Under the pieces are notes generated by a model. It saw only the letters and a list, made by a program, of their open reading frames with translations. It did no database searches and was not told the origin of the DNA. A stretch of DNA of 36,461 nt from Chiloscyllium plagiosum (lineage: Eukaryota), in contig NC_057718.1 in assembly GCF_004010195.1 (NCBI RefSeq), positions 97,885,300-97,921,760 of the forward strand, in the 5' to 3' direction. Below, piece by piece: positions 10,959-21,741 of this stretch (positions within the stretch are counted from its first letter, which is position 1; the number at the start of each line of letters is the position of its first letter). The position numbers and the translations under genes are program-made.

Positions 10959-11043
10959 TCATACACTAAACTGATGCTGAAGAGGCTATTCTTCATAGAT
11001 GAGCAGAACAATCTGTGGTTGAGCTTGTAAGTTGGACAAACTC

Positions 11044-11175
11044 AGCTACCTGATGAAGGAGCAGCGGTCTGAAAGCTAGTGCTTTCAAATAAACCTGTTG
11101 GACTATAACCTTGTGTTGTGTGATTTTTTTTTTAACTTTATCCACCCTAGTCCAACACCAGCTCTTCCACATCAT
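11044..11175 (+). mobile_element. PLE terminal repeat (second family) with hammerhead-like core
   Basis: tac-CTGATGA-aggagcagcggtct-GAAA-gcta-gtg followed by aataaa. Confidence 0.75.
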
Positions 11176-11854
11176 TATATCATCCCCGAATGGACGCAAG
11201 AAGCAGAATGTGTAGACTTCTGAATTAGAGGCAGAAGGAGGCTATTGGAGCTCTTGAAGCGGCACCGTTCAACTTTGTGAGGCTGTCACCATTGGCACCT
11301 CCACAAGAACAGAAACCGAATTAATGATCCAGTAGCTCTCTGTTTGAAATCAACAAGAAGTTCTGCTTAGTCACTCCTCCACTCAAATTGTCCGAAGCAG
11401 GAGGTAAACCTGCAAACCACTGATGCCAATTTTGATCAATGCACATTTGTGTATTCTCCTCTTCCTCCTTTCTGTGGCCCCACCCCTCCCCCACCCGTAG
11501 CCAGGTAACACTATTTGAGGAAAAGCAGGGCAGTTCTTTCCTGGTAGTCCAACACTGCTGTCAAAATCACTGAAAGCGGGTGACTTCATTATAGTACTGC
11601 AGTGTGATATGTGAGAACTAGCTGCTCCATATCTCCTGCATTTACAATTGTGAGCATTCTCCAAAGATACTTCATATGCTGAAATCAAACGTCCTGAGTT
11701 AGTGAAAATTGGAGTGGAAATGACTGATTCTTTTTTGTTGAAGTGGAGTTCTCACAGAAGTATAAATCCCTCCTGCAGTGGAAGAGCCAAGTGGATTTAG
11801 TTTGCTGGCTAAATACCCTTTTTCACAATTGACTTTTCTTTAGCAACATGGAGC

Positions 11855-12438
11855 CATAGAATCATGGAAACAGATCCTTTGGTCCAACTTGTCCATGCAG
11901 ACCAGATATCCTAAATTAATCCAGTCTCATTGCCAACTTTTGGCTCATATCCCTCTAAACTCTTCCTATTCATGTACCCAACCAGATGCCTTTTAAATGT
12001 TGTAATTGTACCAGCCTCCATCACTTCCTCTGGCAACTCATTCCATACATGTGCCACCCTCCGCTTGAAAAAGCTGTCCCTTAGGTCCCTTTAAAATAGT
12101 TCTCCTCTCAACTTAAACCTGTGCCCTCTAATTTTGGACTCCCCTACTCTGGAGAAAAGACCTTGTCTGTTAACCCTATCCACACCTCTCGTAATTTTAA
12201 GAACCTCTATAAGATCACCCCTCAGCCTCCGATGCTCCAGGGAAAACCGTCTCAGCCTATTCAGCCTCTCCCTATAGCTCAAACACTCCAACCCTGGCAA
12301 CATCCTTTATAAATCTTTTCTGAACCCATGAATTTATAAACCTCTATAAGGTCACCCCTCAGCCTCCGCTGCTCCAGGAAAAATAGTCTCCGCCTATTCA
12401 GCTTCTCCCTGTAGCTCAAACCCTCCAACCCCAGCAAT
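11855..12438 (-). mobile_element. HER1/CR1 LINE 3' end with a duplicated ~105-bp segment
   Basis: Peptide MLPGLECLSYRERLNRLRRFSLEHRRLRGDLIEVLKITRG is a typical CR1 ORF2 C-terminus; tail at 11855. Confidence 0.9.
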
Positions 12439-13295
12439 GTGGAGGACAATACCTGACGTTGAGAAGCATAGAGATGGCTAGGTGATCAGAGTGTGCCAGA
12501 ATCACAGATTAATTTTCACTTTGTGTATGGGTGATAATTGGAAGGTGTGGATCCTTCACCCAGTAGACATCCCTTTTCAGATTTCCTTTGCAGGGATTTG
12601 AGGAGTGCTGAGCATTGTTGGATAGATGATGACCAAATTATCAGTTCTGCCTATGTGGCGAAGGTTAAAATTAAATCTGTAAATCCAGGGTAAAATAGCA
12701 GCAACGAAGCTGGCAGTTAATGGGTTACTGCTCTCTGTGACCAATTAAACAGTTAAAGCGTTTAAGCTCTGTTACCTTGTCACTTCAAGATATGCGAGTG
12801 TTGCAGTTAGCTTACAGTGGAAAATGCCACAAGGCTTTATGTTGTGTGTTGAAGTGGAATGTTCTGACTCGCCTACTATTTGTGCTTTTTTAATAGATGG
12901 TCAATACCTTCAGGCTGCGTGCTTTTCCTGGTCATCGAGTTTGTCAATTCTCAGCCTAGCTGATGAGAATTGTTAATTGTGACATAAACCCCGTGTATTA
13001 ATTGTGTTGCCTGACTGCATTTTTTTTCTGTATCGAATGCCTCTGTTAGTCACAGTAGAAAAAAAAACTGTTGACTAAGAAAAAGACACATTGTGTTGAG
13101 GTGTGTCCACTCATGAGGACAATGTGTAAGAATACCACTTTTCCACTTAATGGAAAACCAACGCTTACACAGTACGAAAAGAAAAATGCTGATTATTTGG
13201 GAAGTGGACTGTACTGGCTAGAGGCGTTACCATGGAGAATGCACCAATACACGGTGTTTGAACCAGCTAACCAGTCATGATGCACAGTGATTCAC

Positions 13296-13612
13296 CATGG
13301 TGGCTTAGTGGTTAGCACTGCTCTCTCTGTGCCGGGGACCTGGGTTCGATTCCAGCCTTTGGGAACTATCTGTGTGGGGTTTGCACATCCTCCCCTTGTT
13401 TGCGTTGGTTTGCTCTGGTTTCCCCCCCCACATTCCAACGATGTGCAGGTTAGGTGAATTGACCATGCTAAATTGTCCATAGTGTTCAGGGATGTGCAGG
13501 CTAGGTGAGTTAGTCACGGGCAGTGCAGGGATAGGTCAGGGTGGGTTGCCCTTTGGAGGGGTGGTGTTGACTCAGTGGGCCTGTTTCCACACTGCAGGGG
13601 TTCTATTCTATG
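13296..13612 (+). mobile_element. HE1-type V-SINE (internally duplicated variant)
   Basis: A/B boxes, V-domain, gatgtgcagg(t/c)taggtga present twice, ttctattctatg tail. Confidence 0.9.
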
Positions 13613-13888
13613 AGAAGACCTTGCTTATTCACCTTATCTATGCCCCTCATAATTTTATAAATCTCCGTAAGATTACCCCTCAGCTTTCAAAGAAATGAGT
13701 CCCAGTCTAACCAACCTCTCCTTGTAACTCAAACTTTGCAGTCTCTGTAACATCCTTGTGAACCTTTGTTGCACCCTTTTCAGTTTAATAACATCCTTCT
13801 AATCACAGGGTGATCAGAATTGCACACAGTACTCCAAATGTGGGCCTTACCAGTGCCTTGTACTGCTGTAACATGATGTTTCAACTTG
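13613..13888 (-). mobile_element. CR1 ORF2 fragment
   Basis: Collinear with 12157-12327; gaattgcacacagtactccaaatgtgg encodes PHLEYCVQF. Confidence 0.85.
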
Positions 13889-14119
13889 TGTCAGGATTGG
13901 CCTGACTCCATGAGAATCTGTTATTTAGTTGATTGCCAATCCAGGATTTTTAGTCATGTGTTGATGCACCACAAGCAAATCATCCCTGTGTGAAAGGAAG
14001 AGTTTCTTCTGGACCCTCTTTAACATGCTTTGTTGGCAACTGCCTTTAGAAGCTGTGACTGTCATCCAAAAATGAAGATATTGAAATATGGAGTGTGAAA
14101 AATGAACTTTTAACTCAAA

Positions 14120-15080
14120 CAGAAAGACCTTGGGGTGCAGGTGCATTGTTCCTTGAAAGTGGTATCACAGATAGGCAAGTAGTGAAATAGGCATCTGGCA
14201 CGTGTGCCTTTGCTGGTCAGAGCATTGAGTACACAAGTTGAGACATCATGATCCAGCTGTACAAGACACTGGTATGGTCACCTTTTGAATACGGTGTACA
14301 ATTCTGATCACCCTGCGATAAGAAGGGTGTTATTAAACTTGGAAAGGGTGCAACAAACGGTCCAACTTCTCACCTTTGAAAAAAATCAGTGGCAGGGTGG
14401 CTCAGTGGCTAGCACTGCTGCTTCACAGCGCCAGGGACCCGGGTTCAATTCCTGTCTCAGGCGACTGTCTGTATGGAGTTTGCACATTCTCCCCGTGTCT
14501 ATGTGGGTTTCCTCCGGGGGCTCCAGTTTCCTCCCATAATCCAAAAGATGTGCAGGTCAGGTGAATTAACCATGCTAAATTGCCCATAGTGTTGGGTGCA
14601 TTAGTTCAAGGTGAATATAGGCTGGGTGAATGGGTCTGTGTGGGTTACTCTTTCGAGGGCTGGCATTGGACTTTTTCGACCGAAGGGCCAGTTTTCATAT
14701 TGTAGGGAAGCTAATCTAATCTAAAGATTGACGAGCATATTACAGAGACTGGAAGGTTTGAGTTACAAAGAGCACTTGGATAGTCTGGGACTTCTTTCTC
14801 TGGAGGTTGAGGGATGACCATGTTATCGAGGTTTATAAAATCATGGGGGGCATGGATAAGGTGAGAGGGAAAGATTTAAAAGGGGCAGTTTTTCACTATG
14901 GAACGTGTTGCCAGAGGAAGTGGTAGAGGTGGGTGCGATTACAACATGTAAAAGACATTTGGACTGGATAGGAAAGGGTTAGAGGGATATTGGCCAAATG
15001 CTGGCAAATGGGGGACTAGTTCATTTCAGGAAAACTGGTCAGCCTGAAAAGCCTTATCCCCGTGTTGTGTGACTCGATGA
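14120..15080 (+). mobile_element. HER1/CR1 3' region split by HE1
   Basis: DLGVQVH, LYKTLV and KLERVQ motifs, then the HER1 3' UTR ending gtgttgtgtgactcgatgac. Confidence 0.85.
14389..14724 (+). mobile_element. HE1-type V-SINE, full length
   Basis: Head, V-domain and ctaatctaatct tail. Confidence 0.95.
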
Positions 15081-15878
15081 CACCAATTTTGGTATGTAAT
15101 TCTTTCCTCTTGAGCACACAGTGTAATTTAACCTCGTTGTCGTGAGGATGACTACTGCTCTACTTCAGTGAGTTTATTCACATGGTTGAATCTCCTTGGC
15201 TGTTTCCACTGTGTGTGAGAAGTCACGAGCACGCATTTACCTGCCAGTCCCAATCAGCAGTCATGTACTTTATATCGATGGTGATTGAAAGTGCTGTGGC
15301 TATTTGCAAAATTTTCAAATGCTCCCAAGTGAGAGTAGCCATGAGAATTTTAAGAAAATAAGTAGGCTACGTTCTGATTTGAAGCCAGCTACATAACAAC
15401 TCTGCTATTACCTTATCAGGATATGAATAAACTACCTATTTACAATGTTCTTTGTGTAGCTGTGTTTTCACTTCACTTATTTATGAAAAGTAATTTAAAA
15501 TTCTGTGTGTGTTAACTTTGGCAGAATACATATTTTTATTGAAGGGACTGGCAGTTCTTTTTATTTATTTGTCCTATTTTAGCTCTTTAGTATATTTTTC
15601 GAATTAAAAATAGCTGATTATCAACAGTTTTTGACAACTGCTTGGTAATGAAAGCACTGATATAAACATATATCCCACTAGTACAGATAACTGTCAGTTA
15701 CAGAAATGCTGCCTTTTACAGATATGCTGTAATATTCATGCACAGATTAATAACCTTCATTCCGGAAATGACCTTATTTCCATAATTTTTCAATGGAACG
15801 AGCTAATTCCATGGGATTTTCTGCATTTGATGTTTATCTTCGTGAAGGTTAATCTATATGTGTGTGGTGTTTTTACAG

Positions 15879-15923
15879 AACTCAATACATTGCATCTTGA
15901 TTGAAAATACAGCTCAGGTTATC
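15879..15923 (+). other. Candidate 45-nt exon
   Basis: Acceptor tgtttttacag| and donor |gtgagta in repeat-poor DNA. Reads NSIHCILIENTAQVI in phase 0, or xLNTLHLD* in phase 1. No transcript evidence. Confidence 0.35.
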
Positions 15924-16349
15924 GTGAGTAAGGATAGATATGTCCTCTGCACAAATGTATGTTCGCTGACTTTGTAAAATTGTTTTTAGCTTCTGCACTG
16001 TGTTTATATTCCTTTAGTAAAGTTTCAAAATTGTATCTTTTTATTTTGTCAGTTATTTCCTGATTTACTCTACCCATGTTGGGTTTGCCTCCATAGTCCA
16101 AGTGCTCTGCTGGTTGAATTGGCAAGCAATCTCCTTCCTCCTTGCTGTATTTCAGGGGTTCAATTGGAATCTGTTGAAGTACACCAGCTTTAGCAGAGGC
16201 TTTCCCAAGAGTCTTTTCTCTGCTGGCCATCTGTTACACATGAAGCAATGTGTTGATAACTTGTTCATCTGACTATAAAATATAAGAGCAGAATTAGGCC
16301 ATTTGGCCCAGATGTCCAGGATTGCAATTCACTCAATAACCAACATCGA

Positions 16350-16430
16350 GAATGCTGGAGAAACTCAAGTCTGACAGCATCTGCGGAGAGGGGAACAGAG
16401 TTAACGTTTCGAGTTACCCATTCAAGATGA
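16350..16430 (-). mobile_element. PLE terminal-repeat fragment
   Basis: aatgctggagaaactca...cagcatctgcggagag...acagagttaacgtttcgag; reverse-complement similarity to 1070-1140. Confidence 0.6.
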
Positions 16431-16879
16431 TCTTTTTGAGCTGCTGCATTAGACACAGCTCGCTACAGGTATATCTGCCCTGCTTGGCCCTGACCATAAC
16501 ATCTGAGAGTGACATTGTAGTCTGGAATTCTGGTGTTGCGACTGGTTGGTTTGAATGTTATAACGTTAAGCAAATCTATGCATACTGACATAGCAAGAAT
16601 AGGAATGCCAACTGTTTTCAGTGTTTACAAAAGGTGTCCAGTGTCCAAACTGAGGATCTGCATTTAGAGTTAAATTAATAATGCCCAATGCATGACACAT
16701 TGTAAGCAATGTTACGTGTAATTTTTTTTCTTCAAAGACTGTTGCAGTTTTAACTTATTTATTTTCCTAGTTTAGACTACAAAAGACTTTAATATAAACT
16801 ATTATTAACGTCTTTACTTTTCAACTATTCCATGAAGTAATGCTTAGCTGTTGAACTCTCGTTTCTCTTACTACTTTAA

Positions 16880-16990
16880 ACCTAAGTTTCTTTTTCTGTA
16901 CCTTGGTACCTAAGATGGCGCCATGTGTGGTGACATTATATATTTTTCACTATGCTCCTGTACTTGAGTACAAGTGACAATAAAATCTAA
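16880..16990 (+). mobile_element. LINE/SINE 3' tail (Rex/L2-like)
   Basis: tttttcactatgctcctgtacttgagtacaagtgacaataaa resembles the Rex1 3' end (reverse complement of 32090-32125). Confidence 0.45.
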
Positions 16991-17008
16991 AACAAGCAGC
17001 TTCGAGAG

Positions 17009-17229
17009 AACTAGAGAAGGTGAGAACTGCAGATGCTGGAGATCAGAGTCGAGAGTGTGGGGCTGGAAAAGCACAGCAGGTCAGGCAGCATCTGAGGAGC
17101 AGGAGAATTGATGTTTCGGACATGAGCTGTTCATCAGCTCTTCCTGATGAAGGTCTTATGCCCAAAACATCGATTCTCCTGTTCCTCAGATGCTGCCTGA
17201 CCTGCTGTGCTTTTCCAGCCTCACTCTCT
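17009..17229. mobile_element. Palindromic PLE terminal-repeat insertion with 12-bp TSD
   Basis: Arms 17051-17137 and 17144-17230; cagcttcgagag at 16997-17008 and 17230-17241. Confidence 0.85.
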
Positions 17230-17340
17230 CAGCTTCGAGAGGACATTGTTCGTAAGCAGTTGGTTTGTTTAGTATGGACTGCACGTGCTGCACTAAGTTT
17301 TGAGTGCATCTTGTGTAAGATGTATAAAGGCATGATTTTT

Positions 17341-17675
17341 TTCTTTATTCACTCACATGAAGTGGGCATCTCTGGGTGGGCCAGCATTTATTGTCCAGAG
17401 GGTAGTTAAGAGTGAACCACATTGCTGTGGGTCTGGAGTCATATGGAGGCCAGACCAGGTAAAGATGGTAGATTCCTTCCCTGAAGGACATTATTGAACC
17501 AATTTGGCTTTTCCTGGCAATCAACAATGGATTCATGGCCATCATTAGACCCTTAGTTCCAGATTTTTTATTGAGTTCAAATTCCACCATGATTTGAACC
17601 CAGGTCTCCCCCAGAATAATAGCTGACTTTCTGGATTAAAAGGCTCACAATATTACCACTAGGTGGTTGCTTCCC
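17341..17675 (-). mobile_element. Family-B tRNA-derived SINE (MetaSINE-like core)
   Basis: Collinear with 29460-29818. Confidence 0.9.
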
Positions 17676-18816
17676 TGCGTACTGTATGATTGCACTAATA
17701 CCAGAGTCAATCATAAAGTACATTTCATCAATTCTGAATGAAGTATATCACTTGGATGGATGTGGAAATTTAGCTTTTCTGACAGTATATGATTTGTCAA
17801 CATTAACACACGTTCTGTCTAACTGGGCTCTGCAAGCTGTCACGTTGTGGTTACCTCTCAGAATTTGTTGACATGCCACTGTGCCATGAACAGAGCTTTG
17901 GCAGTTTCATTGGCACTGTTCTTTGTTTGGCTTCTCTTCACATGATGGCACTTTGGGTATCTTCAGTTGACTGGTCTTCCTCCATGTATCAGCACAACGT
18001 CTCTTGCGCAATGTAGCTTGCACATGTTATGATATGCTGGGCATTGTCTTGGTGGATGAGACAAACCAGACAAGATTTGGATGTTATATTGAATCTGGTG
18101 ATGGCTCCAATAGTTGTTCCAAAGTCTAGCAGTTGCAGATACTGCTGCCTGTTAAGTTGTTTCAAACCTGCGTTAATATTCCCCTAAAGTATGAAATATG
18201 TATTTCATACAATTCGCTGAGACGTACTTGATGAAATGATTTAGTATGTTTAGAGATGTAAGCTTTTTAGATAAGTTAGCTTTAGTGAAATCGCATTCTG
18301 TAACTTTGCATTGAGATATAAGTTGGTTAAATATTTCACATGGCTTTTGCTCCTATGGTGTGAACTCAAGCTTATGTATCCTGAAATTGATTTGAATTTT
18401 AAATTGATCTTAAAATCTGAAACATTTTGTCAAGACCTTTACAGTTACCAGCAGAAATACTGAACGATTTTATTCCTCTTAACCCTTCAGTGCTCAAAGG
18501 AAACTGAAGTTGACTGTCTTAGGTGCTTTATCAGCTGATCCATCAAGTAAAGTTTGATGCTTTCTTTAAATAACTGAAGTTCTGACAGAATGTCAATGGA
18601 TTGCCATTCCATGGTTAGATGTTTGCTTTCTATCTTTCTTTCTATCTATCTTTACGAATCTATATTGTACTCCAGTGATTTTCCTACATTGCATTTTCTG
18701 AATTCTCTCTTACTTTTGCAATGTGTTCCTAACCCATTAAAATTTGAAGGCTGGTGCCTGTGGATGCTGTTTGTTCCTAAAATGAAACCGTGATAGTATC
18801 TTGTCTTTGTGACAAG

Positions 18817-18847
18817 ATGGCTGAACCCAACCAATGTCTGTGAATAG
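18817..18847 (+). other. Candidate 31-nt exon, or 3' end of an alternative first exon
   Basis: Perfect donor AG|gtaagt at 18848 and possible acceptor tcttgtctttgtgacaag|. Read from the acceptor, all three frames stop; the internal ATG TCT GTG AAT AG is open into the donor. Confidence 0.35.
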
Positions 18848-19244
18848 GTAAGTCTTAGGAAATATAAAATAAATTTTCCTGACTGTTCTTTCTTTTTTTT
18901 TTTTGCTTTGAGAATCAGTTGAATAGTTTGGTTCTTTCAGCACATTTTAGCACCATTTTTAAATCTGACCTGTCTTGGGCCTCTTGTAAATTGCTGATTA
19001 TTTTTAAAGGGATAGGCAAAGCTAACTCACCACTGTTCTTCAGTACAGGTTAGTCGCCTTTAATTTTAATTTTATCATGTTGGTTTTGGTTGTAGTTGTA
19101 ACTTCAGTTCTGAACCTGGCCAGATTGACAGATAATTGCGAGGAAAAAATGCCTTTCGGAACTAGCATGCTTTTCAGCTATTAACACCAATTAGTTAGTT
19201 TTAAATAACAGCATTTAGTGCAACTTAATGATACATTTTATGAT

Positions 19245-20653
19245 TAGACCATAAGATATAGGAGTAGAATTATGCCATTCAGTTTGCTCCACCATCCGAT
19301 TATGGCTGATATATTTCTCAACTCTATTTCCCTGCCTTCACCCGATAACCTTTGATTCCCTTGCGAATCAAGAACTTGTCTATCTTTGTTTTAAAGACTG
19401 TCAATGACTTGTCCTCCACAGCCGCAGTGAGGTTCACCAGGAATTTCCTTCTCATCTCACTTGTAAAGGGTGGTCCTTTCATGCTGAGGCTGTGCCCTCG
19501 GGCCCCACTCTCTCCTATTAGTGGAAACATCATCTCAATGTCCATTGTATCTAGGCCTGTCAGTATTCTGTAAGTTTCAATAAGATTCCCCCCTCATCCT
19601 CATAAACTCCATTAAATACAGACCCAGAGTCCTCAATTGTTTCTCAACTGACAAGCCCTTCATTTGGAAACATTCCTGTAAACCTCCCTTGGGCTCTCTC
19701 TTTCTTTCACCAGCACAAACTTCCTCACCTATAGGGCCCAAAATTGCTCACAGTATTCCAAGTGCGGTCTGACCAGAGCCTTATACAGCCTCAGCAGGAC
19801 ATCTCTGCTTTTGTATTCTAGCCCTCTCAAAATGAATGCTAACACTGCATTTGCCTTCCTAACTGCCAAATGAACCTGCATGTTAACCTTAAGAGGATCC
19901 TGAGCAAGGACTCCCAGGTCCCTTTGTGCGTCAGTTTCCTGAAGCCTTTCCCCATTCAGAAAATAGTCTGTGTTTATTCATCCGACCAAAATGCATAACC
20001 TCACATTGAATTCCATCTTTTTTGCCCACTCCCCTAGCCTGTCCAAATTGTTTTGCAGTCTCCCCACATCCTCAACTCTACCTATCTATCCACTTATCTT
20101 TTGTTTCACTTGCAAACATACTAACAATGCCCTCAGTTCCTTTGTCCACATCATTAATGCATACTGTGAATAGTTTTGGTTCTAATACTGACCCCTGAAG
20201 AACTGGGCTGAAAATGTGTTGCTGGAAAAGCGCAGCAGGTCAGGCAGCATCCAAGGAACAGGAGAATCGACGTTTCGGGCATAACCCTTCTTCAGGAATG
20301 AGGAAAGTGTGCCCCTGAAGAACTGAGCTGGTTACCAGCTGCCATCCTGAGAAATACCCCTTTATCCCAACTCTCTGCTTTCGGCCGTTCAGCCAAGCCT
20401 CTATCCATACTAGTACCTTGCCCCTAATGCTTTTTTCTTATGTAGTAGCTTCCGATGCAGCACCTTTTTGAAGGTCACCTAGAAATCTCAACAGGTCACA
20501 TCCACTGGCTGTTCTTTGTCTAACCTGCTTGTTGCATCCTCAAAGAATTCTAACAGATTTGTCAGGCATGACCTCCCCTTGATGAAGCCATGCTGACTCA
20601 GCCCTATTTTATCGTGCACCTCCAAGTGATACTCTATATGTCCATCTTCGTAA
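19245..20653 (-). mobile_element. CR1 LINE ORF2 (RT) pseudogenic fragment plus 3' end
   Basis: SQHGFIKGRSCLTNLLEFFE, LYKALVRPHLEY and KANAVLAFI motifs, with frameshifts; tail at 19245. Confidence 0.95.
20206..20311 (-). mobile_element. PLE terminal-repeat insertion with intact hammerhead core and >=14-bp TSD
   Basis: cccctgaagaactg at 20192-20205 and 20312-20325. The minus strand reads cattc-CTGAAGA-agggttatgccc-GAAA-cGTC-gatt. Confidence 0.85.
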
Positions 20654-20941
20654 TGTTTAGGACAGACGTGGATTCTTGTTGAGATAGATATCTTAAATCT
20701 TATTAACAACACTAACTATTTACATGACTGTTGTATCACAGACCTAAACAGTCTGGGTTCTCTGTTGACTGATGTTGCTATATATTGCACCTGTGACTGA
20801 CTAGCTAACTGAACATACTGTACTGACTCCATTACACATAGAGAGTGCCTTAAGGCAAGGTGGGTACCTTTATATCAGAACATCACATGTCATGTCTTAA
20901 ATTTACATACCTATCTGATCTGGAATCTATCCCATAATACA
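20654..20941 (-). mobile_element. Possible solo LTR
   Basis: TGT...ACA termini at the point where CR1 homology stops, with TATA-like and polyA-like motifs on the minus strand. No TSD seen. Confidence 0.35.
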
Positions 20942-20948
20942 CTTCTGC

Positions 20949-20949
20949 G

Positions 20950-20981
<32 letters not shown>

Positions 20982-21320
20982 GTATCTCTCTCGTCATTTC
21001 TTGNNNNNNNNNNNNNNNNNNNNNNNNNNNNNNNNNNNNNNNNNNNNNNNNNNNNNNNNNNNNNNCTTTCTCTCTCTCCCTCCCTCTCTCTCTCTCTCCC
21101 ACCCTTCCCTCTCTTTCTTACCCCGCTGTCTGTCACCCATCTTGCTCTCACTTGTCTCTCTCCCACCCCCTTTTCGCCCTATTACACTCTCACCCTCCTC
21201 TTTCTCACAGTCCCCTCACACCCCTCTGTCGTGATGCTTTCCTTTTCTTTCCACCAGCATCTTTCTCACCCTGTCCCTCCCTCCACCCTTTTCTTGCCCC
21301 ATCTTTTCTCTCCCGTCTTC
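20949..21320. repeat. (CT)n microsatellite and polypyrimidine low-complexity tract spanning a gap
   Basis: Seen directly. Confidence 0.9.
21004..21065. other. Assembly gap (62 N)
   Basis: Run of N. Confidence 1.
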
Positions 21321-21741
21321 ACATATACTGCATCTTCCCCATTGTTGATCAGCCATGTTTGTTTCGCAGGTGGTTGTCTGGTTCAGTTAAATAATAATCG
21401 TGCTCACTGCTAGTCCACTTACCTTTCTCCCTGGTGACAGTGGAGTGGAGCTGTGTAGTGGGCTTTGTTGCACAATCAGGAGGAGGTGAAAAAGTGAGAA
21501 TTGAAAGAAAGTGGCAGGGGACGGGGAGGTTGGAGGAGGAGCAAAATGAGGAGAGGAGACGTTGTTTCACTGATGGCATTCCTGAGTCACAGGGATGTGG
21601 GTTCGCGTCCCTATGCTGCTCAAGTGCTGTACTGTCAGAATCGCTGCCTTCCGACAGAAGTGTAGGATCCACTGGTGATTGTGAACTATACCATTGCACT
21701 ATTTGGACAAGAACATGGTGGTTCTCTGGGTTCTGGTTAGC

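Noticed and set aside
17020..17409. 129-aa ORF (and the 119-aa ORF at 35171)
   Set aside because: Read-through of palindromic PLE repeats.
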